Source: Chrysomallon squamiferum
Lineage: Eukaryota > Animalia > Mollusca
Assembly: GCA_012295275.1 (NCBI GenBank)
Contig: CM022665.1
Coordinates: 16,678,001-16,742,000 of the forward strand
Direction: 5' to 3'
DNA: 64,000 nucleotides
Below the pieces are notes generated by a model. That model saw only the letters and a list, made by a program, of their open reading frames with translations, was not told the DNA's origin and searched no databases. This document shows, piece after piece, positions 38,101-53,749 of this stretch; position 1 is the stretch's first letter; the number at the start of each line of letters is the position of its first letter. The position numbers were made by a program, and so were the translations under genes.

Positions 38101-39629
38101 CGGATTAACGAAAATATGTTAGACGTAAGCAAGAATAAAAAAACAATAAAGTGTCAGACAGTTTAGAACAAGGTAAAAATTGCTTTAACACAGGATTGTC
38201 GTGTAACTCATACCGAATATCTAGCAAAATAATTAAACGAAAAGGACGATGATGATGATATAAATTGTACATACATACATACATATATATATATATATAT
38301 GTATGTATGTATGTATATATATGAATACAACAGAAATCATAAATATCATCAAATAATATAAAATTATTAAAGTAAAAAAAAAAACACCTTGTACTAAAAT
38401 TGTTATACTTTCTGATAATTTACTAATAATTTATATCATCATTTTTATATAGATAGATAGGTAGACAGATATGTAGATATGTAGGTAGATTCATAGATAG
38501 ATAGACAGATATAGATATAATTGAACACGATATAACAGTATTATATTCTCAAATACTGGACAAATTAAAGTACAGTCAATTAATTAAATATTTATTTACC
38601 GCTGTAACGTACTGGTTAAAACATATCCTTAATAAATATCAGCACCATGCTGTTTATCATCACCACTGGTTTGTTTCTTTTGCGTCAGAAAATAAAATAA
38701 CAAGGTCAGAGACCGTCCATATCATCTATTATCTTTACCTCGACTTCAGAACAAAGATATGAGATATGTTTCTGGAACTTTAAGACATTTTAAGACATTA
38801 CTCAATATATGCAATAAGCTTTTTCAGCAACTGCATGGTTGGAAATCTAAAGTTCAATTCTATAATAATTTTGATTTATATATATGTGCACACACTTATA
38901 TTAAATTTATCATTGTTTTTAGTAGTAGAAAACTAATATAAACTATCTATATTATACTAAAATTAATTATCTGCATAATAAAAATAAATATTTGTTAGAG
39001 ATCGGTGTAGTAATATGTAATATTCTAGATATTATACACTGTTAACGAAATTACGGTTCAATTATTTTTGTTGCCTGCTGACTTCAAAAGACTGAAAGCT
39101 TATTAGGAAAATGTCATATTTGCAGTAGAGTAACAAATAATGAATATTTAATATATATATATATTATCATTCGCAGATCCAGGGTTTCTTAAAGGGCTCT
39201 ACCAATCCTCTCTGTCTATTGTTTATATAATAAATCGCACTGAATGCGAATGAAATATTATGCGACCAAGAAGGGATGAACACACTAGTGCAGAATGTAA
39301 TACCATTTATCAGTTTCAAGATATAAATTCTGTATTCAGTTTCTATGTTACATTTGTTTGTTTTTTTCCATTTAAAATTACGAAATTTTACTTAAATAGA
39401 GAATAAATGTATTTTTTTTTTTTTTTTTTAAATGCACGTTTAGGATATTACAGAACATGAGACTAGTTCAAAGTGATTTATTTCTTTATTTTTATTTTAA
39501 TTTTATTTTATATATTTTTTTAATGATAACAAATCGTTTCTTCTTCTTCTTCCTCTTCTTCTTTATTATTTATTAATTCATTTATTTTGTTTTTGTTTGT
39601 TTATTTCAAGCACAGTTAATCAGGAATGG

Positions 39630-39987
39630 TTTAGATTTTAACAATGGTTTAGCGTATGACTGTGATTTAGAGTATGACAATGATATACAGTATGACAGTG
39701 GTTTACAGCATGACAGTGGAGTAACGTATGACAATGGTGTAATGTATGATAATGGTTTACAGCATGTCACTGGTATGGGATATGACAATGATATTTAGCA
39801 TGACAGTGGTATACAGTATGACAATAGTTTACAATATGACAGCAGTATACAGTATGACAATAGTTTACAATATGACAGTGGTATAACGTATGACAGTGGT
39901 TTACAGTGTGACAAAGATATACAGTTTGATAATGGTTTACAGTATGACAGTGGTATAGAATATGACAGTGATATACAGTATGACATT
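39630..39987. repeat. 18-bp minisatellite
   Basis: About 19-20 copies of consensus ACAGTATGACA(G/A)TGGT(T/A)T. Explains the SYCKPL-repeat ORFs at 39606 and 39795. Confidence 0.9.
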
Positions 39988-40483
39988 ATATATAAACTAA
40001 TCCTACCCAAATAAAATCAACAGCCTAATGCTTCCTTTACACGTGTCCAACCCTAACGAGACAATCCCAGCTCATTCAGTCGCGACTGAAACGAGGCCAA
40101 TAAGAGTCGCAATATAAAATATGACGTCATTTGATATCAAGCTTTCAACAATTTTGGTTCCTCTCCCGTCATACTTTTATGTATGTTACTATGAATGTGT
40201 ACGGTTTCGGTGTGAAACTTTTCTTTTTCATTTCACCTCGAGGGAAAAACAAACTGACCCACTCTACATGACTAATATGTGTATAATTCATACCGCGGCT
40301 GTCAGTGCGCGTAAACGCGCAGTAGTGTGCCTTGTCATCTCATGAACGTAAATTAGCGCAACTGTTCTGGAAACAAACGAGGTAAAATACAGACACTGAA
40401 AAACTTTACAAAAACATGAAGGTATCCAATTTTTACCTCAATGCAGGTTCTGGTAAAGCGTTTACCAGTATGTGCACGCGTGC

Positions 40484-40522
<39 letters not shown>

Positions 40523-40523
40523 T

Positions 40524-40603
<80 letters not shown>

Positions 40604-41070
40604 CAGAGAGAGACCGTAAAGTATAACTACTCAGATAATTTCTGTTAACTAATGTACATTCTGTTCGATTCGGATGCGCTCTGTTAGGTTTCCTCTTGTG
40701 CTGCTTTTTTCAGAGGCACATATTTTATGTAACTATTTTAGTGTATTAACGGTGAAATGGGGCCTTTTTTCACAAAACTCTGGCAATCTCCATTTAGCAC
40801 GCACTGCGATACTGCTATAGTGAGGGACCTGTCAGTAAGATCCATGATCTGTTAAATAATCCCTTCCCTAACTGATTATCTGCACAGATAGAGTGATATC
40901 GTAAGTGATAGCGAAACAATATAAAAGGATCTAAATATACAAAATATATATATATATATATATATAAAGATTTCAAAATAATAATAATTAAAATAAAATA
41001 AAATAATAGTAAGAAACAATAAATAAATAAATAAATACGACGTCGTTGTACTGCATTATTTTTTAATAAT

Positions 41071-41114
<44 letters not shown>

Positions 41115-44100
41115 TGAATTTGTATTATTTTCTATTTCACATTTAGTGCGACATTTTATATATAGCATATCACATCGTTCTTTTTCGCTTAGTAACTGCT
41201 TTGTTTTGTTTTTCCGTTCCGTTCTATTCTGTATTCTGCACTAGTGTATCATATCTTATCATATCATATTATATTATCATTATACTATATTATTTTTATA
41301 TTATATTATATCATATTACATTATGTTACATTACCTTGCAAGTGTTATGATGAAGGAATTAACGCTTAACAATACCGCTGGTATAAGAAAGTATCGGCGT
41401 TAAAAAAACAAACAACGACAGTATGTTGCAGTATACCTGTATTGTATTTATTATTACTATCTTCAACATCAGCATGATTATAAACATTCTTTGGGCCATG
41501 GTTAATATATTGTCAATATCTGGACAAATAAGTAAAATACATCACTGGATTTATTTTTGTCCATATCACATAGTTGATCGGTATCTACAGAATGAAGTAT
41601 GATGTGTGTGTACAGCTTCGTGACTGTGCAAAAATGATATCTGTAAATTTGATCACGACTGTTGTAATGTATAAAAGTGTCGGCGATCTCAATCCACATA
41701 CAGCTAACTTTTTCTTTTTCTACTGTTAGTATTATCCTACGTTATTTCGTTTCTCTGCGGTTATTCTGCTTTTGCTTTTATTTATTTATTTATTTATTTT
41801 TTTATTTATTTTTATATTTATTTTTTATTTTCAATATCTATTTACTGAAATGGTCGATTCAGAATGGTAAACGTTATTATTATTATAATTTTTTTTATTT
41901 ATTTTACTTTATTTAATTTATTTATTTATGTCTTTTGCTACGGTGTTGATGTTATTTAATTAGTTATGACAGTTTTAATTTTAATCGTTGATGTTAGATT
42001 TAAATGTGTTCTCTTTCTCCATTTCTCCAGTGCCAGTAAATAACTCTCTCTCTCTTTTTTCTTTCTTTATTTTTTGTCTCTCTCTTTTTTCAGTCTATTT
42101 CTCAGTCGATCGCAAACAAATAGGGTTTATTAATCTTTTGAATATAATTATGTTATTATTATTATTATTACTATTTTATTGTTATTATTATTATGTTCTT
42201 GATGTTATTGTTGTTGTTGTTAATTTTTGAACATACATTCCTATATAAAAGAAAACGAATACTGTAATTACCTTGTGGGTGTAACCGTAAAAAGAAAGAT
42301 TTGAAACTAACACTGCAAACAGATCGACTACCTCTGCTCGTTAAACTGTCCTACAGTTTGTACACATAAATCACTGGGACATGGGGGACATTTTTTTTAA
42401 CTTAACAACTGCCAAAAAACAAACTTTTTATGCCTCCGAAACATTACAAGTATGTTATTTAAAAATAGAGATAAACATCGCATGCTTCTAGCATTTATTT
42501 ACATCTACTACGCCGAAAGTCAATCAAAAACCTTTTAATAAAACCTAGCCATCGCCCACCCTCATGACAATTTCTTGGTTCTGCATTCGGATTTTTTCGG
42601 CGTTTTCGCGGAAAGATACGAGTTCTTGCGAGTGTGATTTTCAATGTCTTTTCAGTATAAAGGTCGAGGCATTATACCAGGAATTTTAAAATTATTACTA
42701 ATGTTGTTGTTGTTATTATTATTATTATTATTATTTAATTCATTATTATTATTGAAATTTATTATTCATTAATTAATGTCAAACAAATTTATATGTTTTT
42801 TCTTTCTTTCTTTTTTCTTTTTTTATATATATTTTTTTATGACCTGCAGCATTATTGAAATTTTAAAATGCTTTTAACATGTAACGATTATTGTCAGAAA
42901 TCATTAAACCGCCTGGAGCTAAAATAAATATGTTGTTGATGAGCTAACTATAGAATGGAATGTTCGATATGTTAAAGCAATGCGAAAAATCACACCCAGG
43001 AAATGACAAAAATAAAGCACTGATCACCGCAAAGTGGACAATAAAGTTAAATAATATATATATATATATATATATAGTATTAAGGAAATGTCACAAATGA
43101 TATACAGTGGGTGTGAAAATTTGCTTCTGACACAGCACGATGCAACACAGGTGCAATCTTTTGTTGTACATGTATGGAATTGCTGTGTCATTCTGTAATT
43201 TACAGTACACTTGTGTATGTTCTCCATTGGTTTTAATGTATATTTGTAATTGTTATATCATTTTACTGTTTGGGTATGTTAGTTGTTATATTGTCATCTT
43301 ACTGTTTGATGTATGTTCCTCTGTTAGTGTTGGTATATATATAACTCATATCATTTTACTGTTTGGGTGTCTTATTCTTGGTATATATCTATTTATAACA
43401 GTACATCGTTTTACTGTTTTGTGCTTGTTCATCTTGGTATATATCTATACCTATCATTGTCACATCATTTTACTGACTGATCTTACATCAGTTTATAATG
43501 ATAACTATTTGTTTACTCTCATATATTTTTCAGTGCCTTCTTCTCTGTTGGTCTGCATTTTTGTCTGTCTGTCCATCTAAATAATTATGTGTTTTTCTGT
43601 CTCTACCGTTTCGTGTATAGTTTAACATATTCATCGTGAGATATCTCTCTCTCTGTGTCTTTATTTATGTATATATGCAACTCTTTCATGTCACTGTATA
43701 TTTATACATAATTTATTAAAAGGAGTATGCTGTCTTCGCTTTTAATGATAATATAATAATTCGCTTTTAATAACAACAATAATAATAATATAAAAGAGCA
43801 AACCTGTATTTATGTATGAAGGTATGGGTAATGAATATATGTACATAAAAATGGTGTATGTGTGAATGCATATGTTTGTATGGACTCTAATTCTTCTCTG
43901 ATAACGTCTTTAATAACTATAAAGTAGTTTACAGACAGGAAAATTATTATAATCGCTATTAATACATCTTTGATGCAGAATGACTCTAATGGGAAATAAT
44001 AAGTGCCAAGTGAGGCAAAGATCCGTTATTCTTTATCCAAGTACTTTACACCACTTCCAGTAATGTTTTCTGCTTTTTTTAAATGCTTTTAAATGAACCG

Positions 44101-45841
44101 AGTACTTAACGTTCTATATAAATTCCGGATGTACGAAAAAAAAAAAAAAAAAAAAAAAAAATAGTAATAATAAATAAATAAGTTATATGTTAACGTGTTC
44201 CACTCTATTTCACATCAAATAAAATAAAGAGAGATAATTTCACTAACAGGTAACTGTACTAGTATGTCATTTGGTTTCAAAATTTCATTCATAATTCTCA
44301 AATAAAACTTTAATGGATGGTTCGCATGATGAACACGGTGTATGACTTTACGAAGAAACACGACTCTCAGCGTGCTTTTAAAACCTCCCATTTTTTTTTT
44401 TTTTTTTTTTCATTAATGTACATAAATGTTGTTGTTTTTTTAACATAGTAAGTTCCATTCATAACTTACAACCAATGTAGCCGCAGGTTGCGGAAGCCCA
44501 TTCGTGGTTGAGCTGTTGTGGATTATGTTCTTATTACTAACTCTGATTGGCTGACAAATAAGATATCGTTTTCAACGTGAACGCCCGCAATTGGTATGTT
44601 TTAAATCCCTCCATTACTTTGCGTCAAACATCCAATATTCGCTATAAAAACTCATGCGTTTTTGGTAATGTTTTAAACTATTTTGTTAACGCATTACAAT
44701 CTCAGCTGTGGTTGACTTATTTAAATTAAAGCTAAAGATTTTCTTCCGAAATGTCTGTAATAATAAATTTCCTTGAACTAGACTAGTTGGTGATCTGTTG
44801 GTTGTAGCTAATGTCAAACTGAAAAGGTCTGCTGTTTGTCTTGATCTTTTCCCTAATATTAATATTCAATAAGATAAAGCGTAAACAAAAACAAAATTGT
44901 CATCTAAGAATCTCCGATGACTTGTTATATACTTAATTATTTGAAAAGATGGTAACAAATAAAAGCGGCCACTTTGAACATAATACCAACAATGTCAGCG
45001 CTATCTATTAATACGATTACAAGTATTTTTTAATATGAAACATATATATATATATATATCAAACAAAAGTTAAACCATCACACACACCTTTTAACAGGAA
45101 GAAAATAAGATCAGTATCGTGGTTGAATTCAAAGTTATTATTTGTAAATTGTAAAGAAAATTAATAATACTATTTAATATTGTGATAAATTTAATGATAT
45201 CATTTACACTTCTTTTCTCATTCAGCCGTAATTGTAATACGAGATTACGAGTTATCATTATAAAAGTGCCTAAAGGTTAGCTTTACTTGTCTCAGTAATC
45301 CGAGATAATCTTGCCGCATTGTTATTCTAGCTATATAATGTCTTACAGCGATTTAATGTATTACAAATTGTATGTGCAAACATCCAGTAATTCCATGTAT
45401 TATACATTACATACATGTAGCGTTATAGCCGCTGGCCAAAAAGAGTAGACGCGGGTGACGACAGCAGCTTTTATATCTCGTATATTATTATTATACAAGA
45501 AAACGTACGACTGACACCCAATAACCTTCATTATTAAAATATTTCTAGTTGTCGTTAAACATTAATTCACTTAATTTCATTCCCCATGAGCTCGTTGGAA
45601 AGATCTTAAGAGTAAAGCTGTGAGTTAGCAGGCATGCATTGTGGTCAGACCCGTAAAATGCTCTTTTGTCATTAATGGAGGTGGCGATTGTCACACAACC
45701 ACTAAAGATTAAATCGTTTCTAAACTGACCGTTAGAGATTAATGTTACTAGAATCCCTGGGTGGGATTTGCTTGACCATTAAAGGGCGGCATTTCTGGAT
45801 AAAGCGTCTCTATGGTACGTGACGATGGGATTCAGTTTGTT

Positions 45842-46718
45842 ATGAAGGTAGTCGATCATAAAATGGACATGATAATACATTACTTCGCAATATCACTTGG
45901 CCTCAACTGTTTCCGTAATCCTTTCCGATAAAAGTATTTTTCCCAAACCGATTACCAGTCACTTGAAGGAATCTCGATGCTCTGCTGGATTTCTGTTTTA
46001 TCATTGTCCAGTTAATCCTAATGAAATTCCATGCATTTAAAATCAAATAGATTAAAATTCCATCGTTAATGCGTGTCCGTTTGATAACTATTGATATTTC
46101 ACATTGTTTTTTATGCGTCTTTAAAAGTGTAAAAATAAAAATAAATGTGTTTTCATTATCAAATAAGCAGTTTCCAGAAAGAGTTCTTTTGTTGTTGTTG
46201 TTATTATTATTATTATTATTATTATTTAACAAAATAAAATATAATACAATTTAATTACTTTCTTTCTTTCATTTTTTTATTTTTATTTAAATATTTATTT
46301 ATTTATTTAGATTGGAAATCTTCTCGTGGCTTTTGTCTTCGGCTTCCTCATCGTCAACACGTCAGCAGTCACAGAGTGCGACACGCTCTGCAACAATGAC
46401 GCAGGTGCTGTTTGTTCCAACATTTTTTCCACAGTGACGATCGACAACCAAAAGGCTGATTCTGCTGCCTTGTTCTTGGTTTGTTGCCTGGGAAGCGAGA
46501 GCGCCATTCATTACAAATTCAACTACATCAAAAACAGCCTCTTTCCGGAGACAGTCATCGGAATATTCCGAAATGTTGATTCGGAATTCACAGCCAAAAG
46601 GTTTGCTGTGTTCGTGAGGAATTGTAGTAAGGGTGGGAGGAGGTTGACTTGGTCGGATTGGTATAGGTACTACGTAGGAATAATGTACTGCGAAGAGAAC
46701 CCATGCCCAAGCCCATGA
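45842..46718 (+). CDS. Small secreted cysteine-rich protein of unknown family (~137 aa)
   Basis: GC-richer ORF with a phase-0 acceptor TTATTTAG at 46303-46310 (exon 46311-46718). Candidate first coding exon ATG AAG/gtagtc at 45842-45847 gives signal peptide MKIGNLLVAFVFGFLIVNTSA. The mature part has 8 Cys including one CC pair. Confidence 0.75.
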
Positions 46719-48510
46719 TGCATATCGGCGGGACATGATATTTCGTTTGTTTGTATTTTATGTAGGTGTGTAGCTCTGTTTTGTTTTTCGTTTTTGTTAC
46801 ATGAGATTTGCAATCAGAAAAGAGAGAAAGAAAGAAAGAAAAGCCATAACGTAACAGACTCACACATACTGGTGTTCTGTTTGAAATGGATTCGATCCAT
46901 TACTTGTCAACATCATCATTAGTTAGTTTAAGTCATGGTGGACTATATGTCACACGGTATGTCCACAGCATGAAACCAAATGTTTACTGAAATCTAATAC
47001 ATGTTTATCTTCCTTTTTTTTTTTTTTTCTTTTTTTTAGAAACAAATGCCACTTTCATAATTTCACATGCCTTCGATATAACAATTATGTATTCTGTAAT
47101 AATTTTTTATGTGATCATTTATGTAGATGAAATTTGGATTAATTATTTCAGATAATGGTGGAAGATTTTTATTTTATTTATTTAACTTTATTTTTTAAAG
47201 AAAACAGCAAAAAGTATTTAAAAAAAAAAATATATATATATATATTATGTGAAAATAATCATTCAATTTTATTATTTTCAATTCACTAAATTTTGTTTGT
47301 ATTTTGATATTTTTTCATATTATTTTTCTTTAAAAAAAACATCAAAACAAAACAAAAACAATTAAAAAATACAATAATAATAAAATAAAAATGATATCGC
47401 GTTATAATTATTATACTGACTTCATAATTTATTATTTTCATCACATATTTGTTGGGAAAGGTTTTATTTTTTTATTTTCAGACACATTTTTATAATAAAA
47501 AGTTTGAAGATGTGAAATTAAAGATTTTACATTAACTTTTAAAGCAGTATTAAATATAATATTTAAAAACACCAGTATATCTCAGTTTAACCGGGACCTT
47601 ATCCTAAAATCATAGAAGCACTTAAAAACAGTTTAGGTTCAGTCATGACTTACCTTGTAATATTTATCTTACAGTATAATACATATTATGAAATATTATG
47701 TTCGTTTGCAAAAATGTTAACTGTTTCATAAACCGTATGCTTGTTTAAATAAACGTAGCTATGTCAACCAATACGATTTTTGACGTAATCATTACGGTAT
47801 TTTGGGTTCGTATTACGATATATAGCAATATGGATATACATTGATTATTTGGGTCAAGTACATACTTAATTATAATTTGAGGCGGACTGTAACAGTTTAT
47901 ATGTATGGCAATACATATTAGAAAAAGTCGATAAATAAATAAACCGAAAATTAATAAAAAAATTAAAAAAAAAAAAAAAAAAAAAAAAAGAAAAAAAAAA
48001 GAAAGTAAGAAAAAAAATAATGAAAATAAGAGAGAACGAAAAGTTCACTGCCGCGTTAGAATGTATAGCATAGCTAAAAATAGTGCTGGGCGAGTTGAAT
48101 ACCCCAAAGAGCCGTTTTGGTTACTATCTTTTCTTCCAGAATTAACATCTCTGCAAACGTATAGGTGTATGATCGAGATTACATATTAATAATAATCTTT
48201 ATCAGCTTTTCGGATAAAGCCTAGCTCTTTTTTATGTGCTTCTTTTGATATACAAACTTACATTTTCGTTTCGTATTTTAGGATTTATTTTACAATATTT
48301 GCTCATGAAGAGATATACATTATCTTTATGTTCTTTTCATTTATATTTCAGATGTACATTTAAAAAAAAAAAAAAAAATTCAGCAATGATCATTCAGTGT
48401 AAAATATGAAAATCTTTGTTGTTTTTCGCTTTTCGTTTTTCGTAAAGTATATTTAAGCTGAAACGGCTTATTTTTCGTTGCATATTTTCTGTTCATCTCG
48501 TTAGAGTCGG

Positions 48511-48571
<61 letters not shown>

Positions 48572-51500
48572 AAATGATACTGTAAAATTTAACTATTTAT
48601 TAATAAGGAATTTGGCTTATTGTAAAAAGAAAAACAACAAAGAAAAACCAGAAAAATAAATTTTTAATTTTTAAACAAGAAAACTGCACTGAACAAATCG
48701 CCATTCCCCTGTATTGTGTTCTACAATTTATTATAGTAGAGACAAATTAAACGGGAGAAATGGTGAAAAGAAACTAACTTACATCAGTTATTGAACTTGC
48801 ATTCTCAGGACTATGTCATCTTGCCCATTTTCTTTCATCAATTTTTTTTCATACATGATTTCATCTCGGTGTACATTTGAAATTTGATTATTTGTTTCCG
48901 AATATGGAAAAAAGTAAAATATCATTATGTACTAAACTGTTGTTTTGGTTTTTTGTTAAAATTTGTTTTGGTTTTTTTAATAATGTATATTTATGGGTAC
49001 AACTTGAGTCCCATTTAAAATCAAGCATTTAACATGATGCGAAACGATATTTTGTTTTGTTTGATTTTTATTTTTATTTTCAGAATGTATCAAATCATTA
49101 AAAAGTGACTTTTTGTACTCACTTTTAAACTAAAAATTTATATATTGTACACGGCAATATTTTGTATCCTGTATTACTATTTTAAATCTTCATAAAATTT
49201 ATTTTTAATTTCATACATAAATGGTTTAATACTTAACGAAATAACAAGGGATCTTTTGTAAAATAGTTGTTTTTTGTTTTTTTCCCAGATAGATAAATAA
49301 TTATACATTAGCAAAACTAAATGTGTCTTTGTACAGTTTTTTCGCCCTATATATAAACAATTATAATGGTTTACTTAATCAAGAGTATAAGCACATTATT
49401 AGTACATTACAATTTGACTAGTTTTGCTGTTTTATTATTATTATTATTATTGACAATATTCTCTTATTTTTATTTAAATTCATACGTAATGAAATTAAAA
49501 TGCTTAATTTTATTACGAATATTGAATATAAATTTAGTTCACATTTAATGAAAAGGAGGAAATTATATTATGATTAGAATCGAATGCGCATGTGTCACAA
49601 AATGTGAATAATACTAATGTCGCGTATCGCGAGATGTGAATCACATATTTAAGACATTTAATTTTTTAAGTGTTAACATTCCAAAAAAATTGTGTTAAAG
49701 TTCTTTAACCGTTTTCATATTAAGCTTTTTTTTTTTTTTTTTTTTTTTCTTACATCTGAACTTATTTGTCGATCATATACTCATTAATCATTACATACAT
49801 ATTTAACTAATAGCTATATATTTATCATGTACGGCTTGCCGTTGTTTTAATGAACGGGTGTGCAACTTTGTATATAATACGGCATTTATAATTTTTTGTT
49901 TTGTTTGTTTACAAAATTATACTTATATGATTGATTTTATATATATATCTACCACTGATACAATGCCTCTGACATAAGCCTACAATTATATATGATCAGA
50001 ACGGAAGAACGAAGCTATACGATAAACGTCACATGTAGGCGAATAACTTTCGTTTACTGATTTTAATACATTAAATACAACTTTTATAATTCATTATTCA
50101 TAATATGCGATCGATTTAAAAACAAAGTATACAATGAATGAAAGAAAATAAAAAATAAAAAGGGATTTAAAGATATGAATTATATATACATACATATGTG
50201 TTTTACATGTGTGTTTTTTTTTATTATATTTTTTTTTATTTTGTTGTTTTGTTTTACAGAATTCACTATAAACATTACTAATTATATTTTAATGCAGAGG
50301 CTTTGTCTGAGTGATTGCGATTTCCTTTTTTTTTCTTTCAAATAACCAAAGCTGTAGATTTTCAAATATAAGTACGTTGAAAGTGCTGTTTGTTAAAAAT
50401 AAAAATGTGTAGATACAAATGTTTTGTTTGTTTTTGATTCATTCATTTAATGAAGTCATCGTTTATGCCCTAGAATGGCATGACAGAATTCTTCAGAAGT
50501 AATAAAAATAAATAAATACATAAAAATAAAATAGAGAATGAGGTGTTCAACTTAAAAAATGTATGTCTATATCAAAATTGTGTGCATGTCAGTCAGGAAA
50601 TAACATCAAATGTGATTCCATCCACTGAAAGGAAGTAGAAATGTTTAACTTTATGTTTCAAGTCAATCAGGTATCATACATAGTGTCAAATATCTTAAAG
50701 ATGGCTAATTTTTGTATTTATTAGCAGCCCCTTTAAGAAAACAGAATTACATCCAAATTAACTTACGATCAATAGGTCGGAACGGAACGTGGTCGTAAGT
50801 TGACGACTGTCTGTACTTACAACCGTTCCAGAGATGATCTGCTGTCATTTATAAATACACACACACACATATACACAGAGATATACATTTACGTGTGTAT
50901 ATGTCTATATAAAAAACACATAGAAAAAACACACACAAAATAAAAATAAAATAAATAATTAATTCAAATGTTATAAGAAATATACAATAACACAGGATGA
51001 AAACAGACCTTTTTGCATATCGAAGTAAAATGTATATAGGTTATATGTTACATTTGGCTGGCAATCGACAGTGATCGATGGTTTTTCCTTTTTAATTCAA
51101 CACGTGCGAAAGCCCCAAGCAATATCTCTGTACTAAGCAGGGCTGTTGCATACTGTTGTAACACTTGACCGTTTTAATTTGCTATTCTGTCTCTTTAGGT
51201 TAGTGTGCATGTATGTCAGTGAAAGGAAGATAAAGATAATGTGAAGACAATGGTGTGAGTTTGTGTATCTTTAGTAGTGAAATAAAAACAGAACACCAGG
51301 AATCAAATAACTAGAATTACTTTATGGTTCAAAGTCATCACAAAAACTGCTCTCTTTTAAAAAAGAGTAAAATGATTTTCTTGAAACATGTATTTAATTA
51401 TTATGTATATGTAAACATTGAAAAAACGTTTTTTTTTCCCCTGGAAATGTTAAAAGGCACTCTTACTGATTATATAATTATCAGAAAAATAGTTTGTTTA

Positions 51501-53668
51501 AATAAGTCTTTATGTCTAAATCAAACGGATTTAAATATGATGAACATTCAATAAGGATCCTATCTTTAATCAAATAAAATAAATTTGATAATTAAATATT
51601 TGTCATATTTTTAGTAAAAAGAATTTGGAAATGGTTTTATGAAGAAACACTTTTTATCTGAGAAATATATCACACTATTTTTCATTGTTCAAATAAAACA
51701 ACAGTGTTAAATTGTAATATACATAGTAGATATTATATTTCATTAAACATATTAATGTATGATTATTAATTTAATTTATCAATTCAAAAAAAAAACAAAA
51801 ACAAACAAACAACAAATCACAAATTCTTTGTTATAAAACATATTTGGCATTTAATAAATAACAAATATTATAAAATGCACACATGTTAAAAGGTATAACA
51901 AATCAATTTAATTTTCTGATACAGAAGAGCTGAATAGATAATATATTTGTTTTCTGCTATATATAAATAAATATGAGACAGTATTTAAAAAAAAAAAAAA
52001 AAATCTGATTAATTTAATAATTAGACATATATAATTTTAAATATACTTCTGAAGTTTAAAAATAAAAGGAATTATTGGATCATGTGGTTAAAATAAAATC
52101 TAATTTTCAAAATATAGTGAACGTAAAATACAAAAACTATAATTACATAAATTTAAAAACAAAATAAAAAATTTAAAAAAAAAGTGAAAGAAATGAGAAG
52201 AAAAAATAAAAATAAAATACAAGTTTATGTAACAAAAGAAAAATATTAATAGAACTTTAATGAATATGATTATAATAATTATTTTAAAAAAAACCTCCCA
52301 AAACCCTCCAGAAACTTGACAATTACTATATATTAAATTGCAATATAATTGGGTATATGAAATATTAAATGGAACAATGCAAGAATCACTAAGGAACATA
52401 ACGTTGACTAAAAGCTACGTATATATAAAAGAACAAAGATTTAAGAAACAAATAAATAAAAATTGAAATTAAAATAACTTAAAATTAAATTTAAAATTAA
52501 ATATTAAAACAACTTCTCTCTATTAGAAAATATTATAATTTATTTTTCCTCAAACAAGTTCTTGTTAACAAATAAACTTTCTCTCTTTCTCTGATGACTA
52601 AATTAAAATTACTCTTTAATACATTTGAATACATAAAGGGATGTTTAATTTCTGTTGTTACTTAGGAAGATATTTTTTATTTTGATTCAGGACATTGACA
52701 TATGTCCAAAATTAGTTGGATTAAAAAATATAAAATAAAAAACACAAAATAAATAAATATTAATAAAAATTCTAAAATAAAAACTCGTTTTGGAATTTCT
52801 TATTTTAACAACCCACAAAATGCTTCTTTTAAAAATATTGAAGGTATTCGAGAAATGGAAAGAATAAATAACAAATTAATAACTAAATTCATTTGAGCAA
52901 AAAGGAAAAGATTGAAAAAAAATATGCAGAAAATTTCATTTAACAATTTCTGAATGACAAAAAGTGAAGTCAACATATAAAACAATTAAACTTATAATTT
53001 AATGAATGAAATGTATCAAAAGATCTACTTGGATATGTTACAAATTGTTAAATTGTAATAATTTAAAATGCCATAACTTCATTTAAAGTTACTGTAAAAC
53101 AAGGGAGTGAGGCATCATTGAAATTTTTTGAGCAAGTCACTCTCCGAAGTCTCAAAACTTTATGCATCCTTTATGAAAGGAAAAAGCATGTCTTTTATCT
53201 CTATTTTGTTTTAAATTCTTTTTAATTTCTTTCATTCTGGTCACATGTTTCAAAGACACGAAAGCTAAAATCATGTCCTCTACAGCATACACAGTATACA
53301 TGGAATGTTTTAAGTGAAGAGAAAATATTAATAACATTGAATACTATTTAAAAGTGAACAGTAGATATATAAAATGGAATTCCAATTATGTAATTATAAT
53401 ACAATAACTAAATTACATTTGAAAGTGGATGGTAAAAAAATAAATCTTGAGTAAATACAATAAACAACAATAAACAAAATTAAAAAACAAATTGTAAGAA
53501 ATCAGACTGAACAAATTAATTTATTTTTTATATGTTTTATAATACATTGCTAAACTTGTTATTAATAAATAAAAAATTAGAGATATTATGATATCAAATT
53601 ATTATGTTACATTTAAAATGGACTTATCTAGAACTGTTTTGCATCACACATTGTAAACATAACTAAAT

Positions 53669-53749
<81 letters not shown>

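Noticed and set aside
39630-39987. Regular repeat array resembling CRISPR, or a Cys/Tyr repeat protein
   Set aside because: Contiguous 18-bp units with no unique spacers, in a eukaryotic context; the frames are interrupted by stops.
46362-46863. Minus-strand ORFs overlapping the secreted protein
   Set aside because: Antisense shadows; the plus frame has the signal peptide and splice acceptor.
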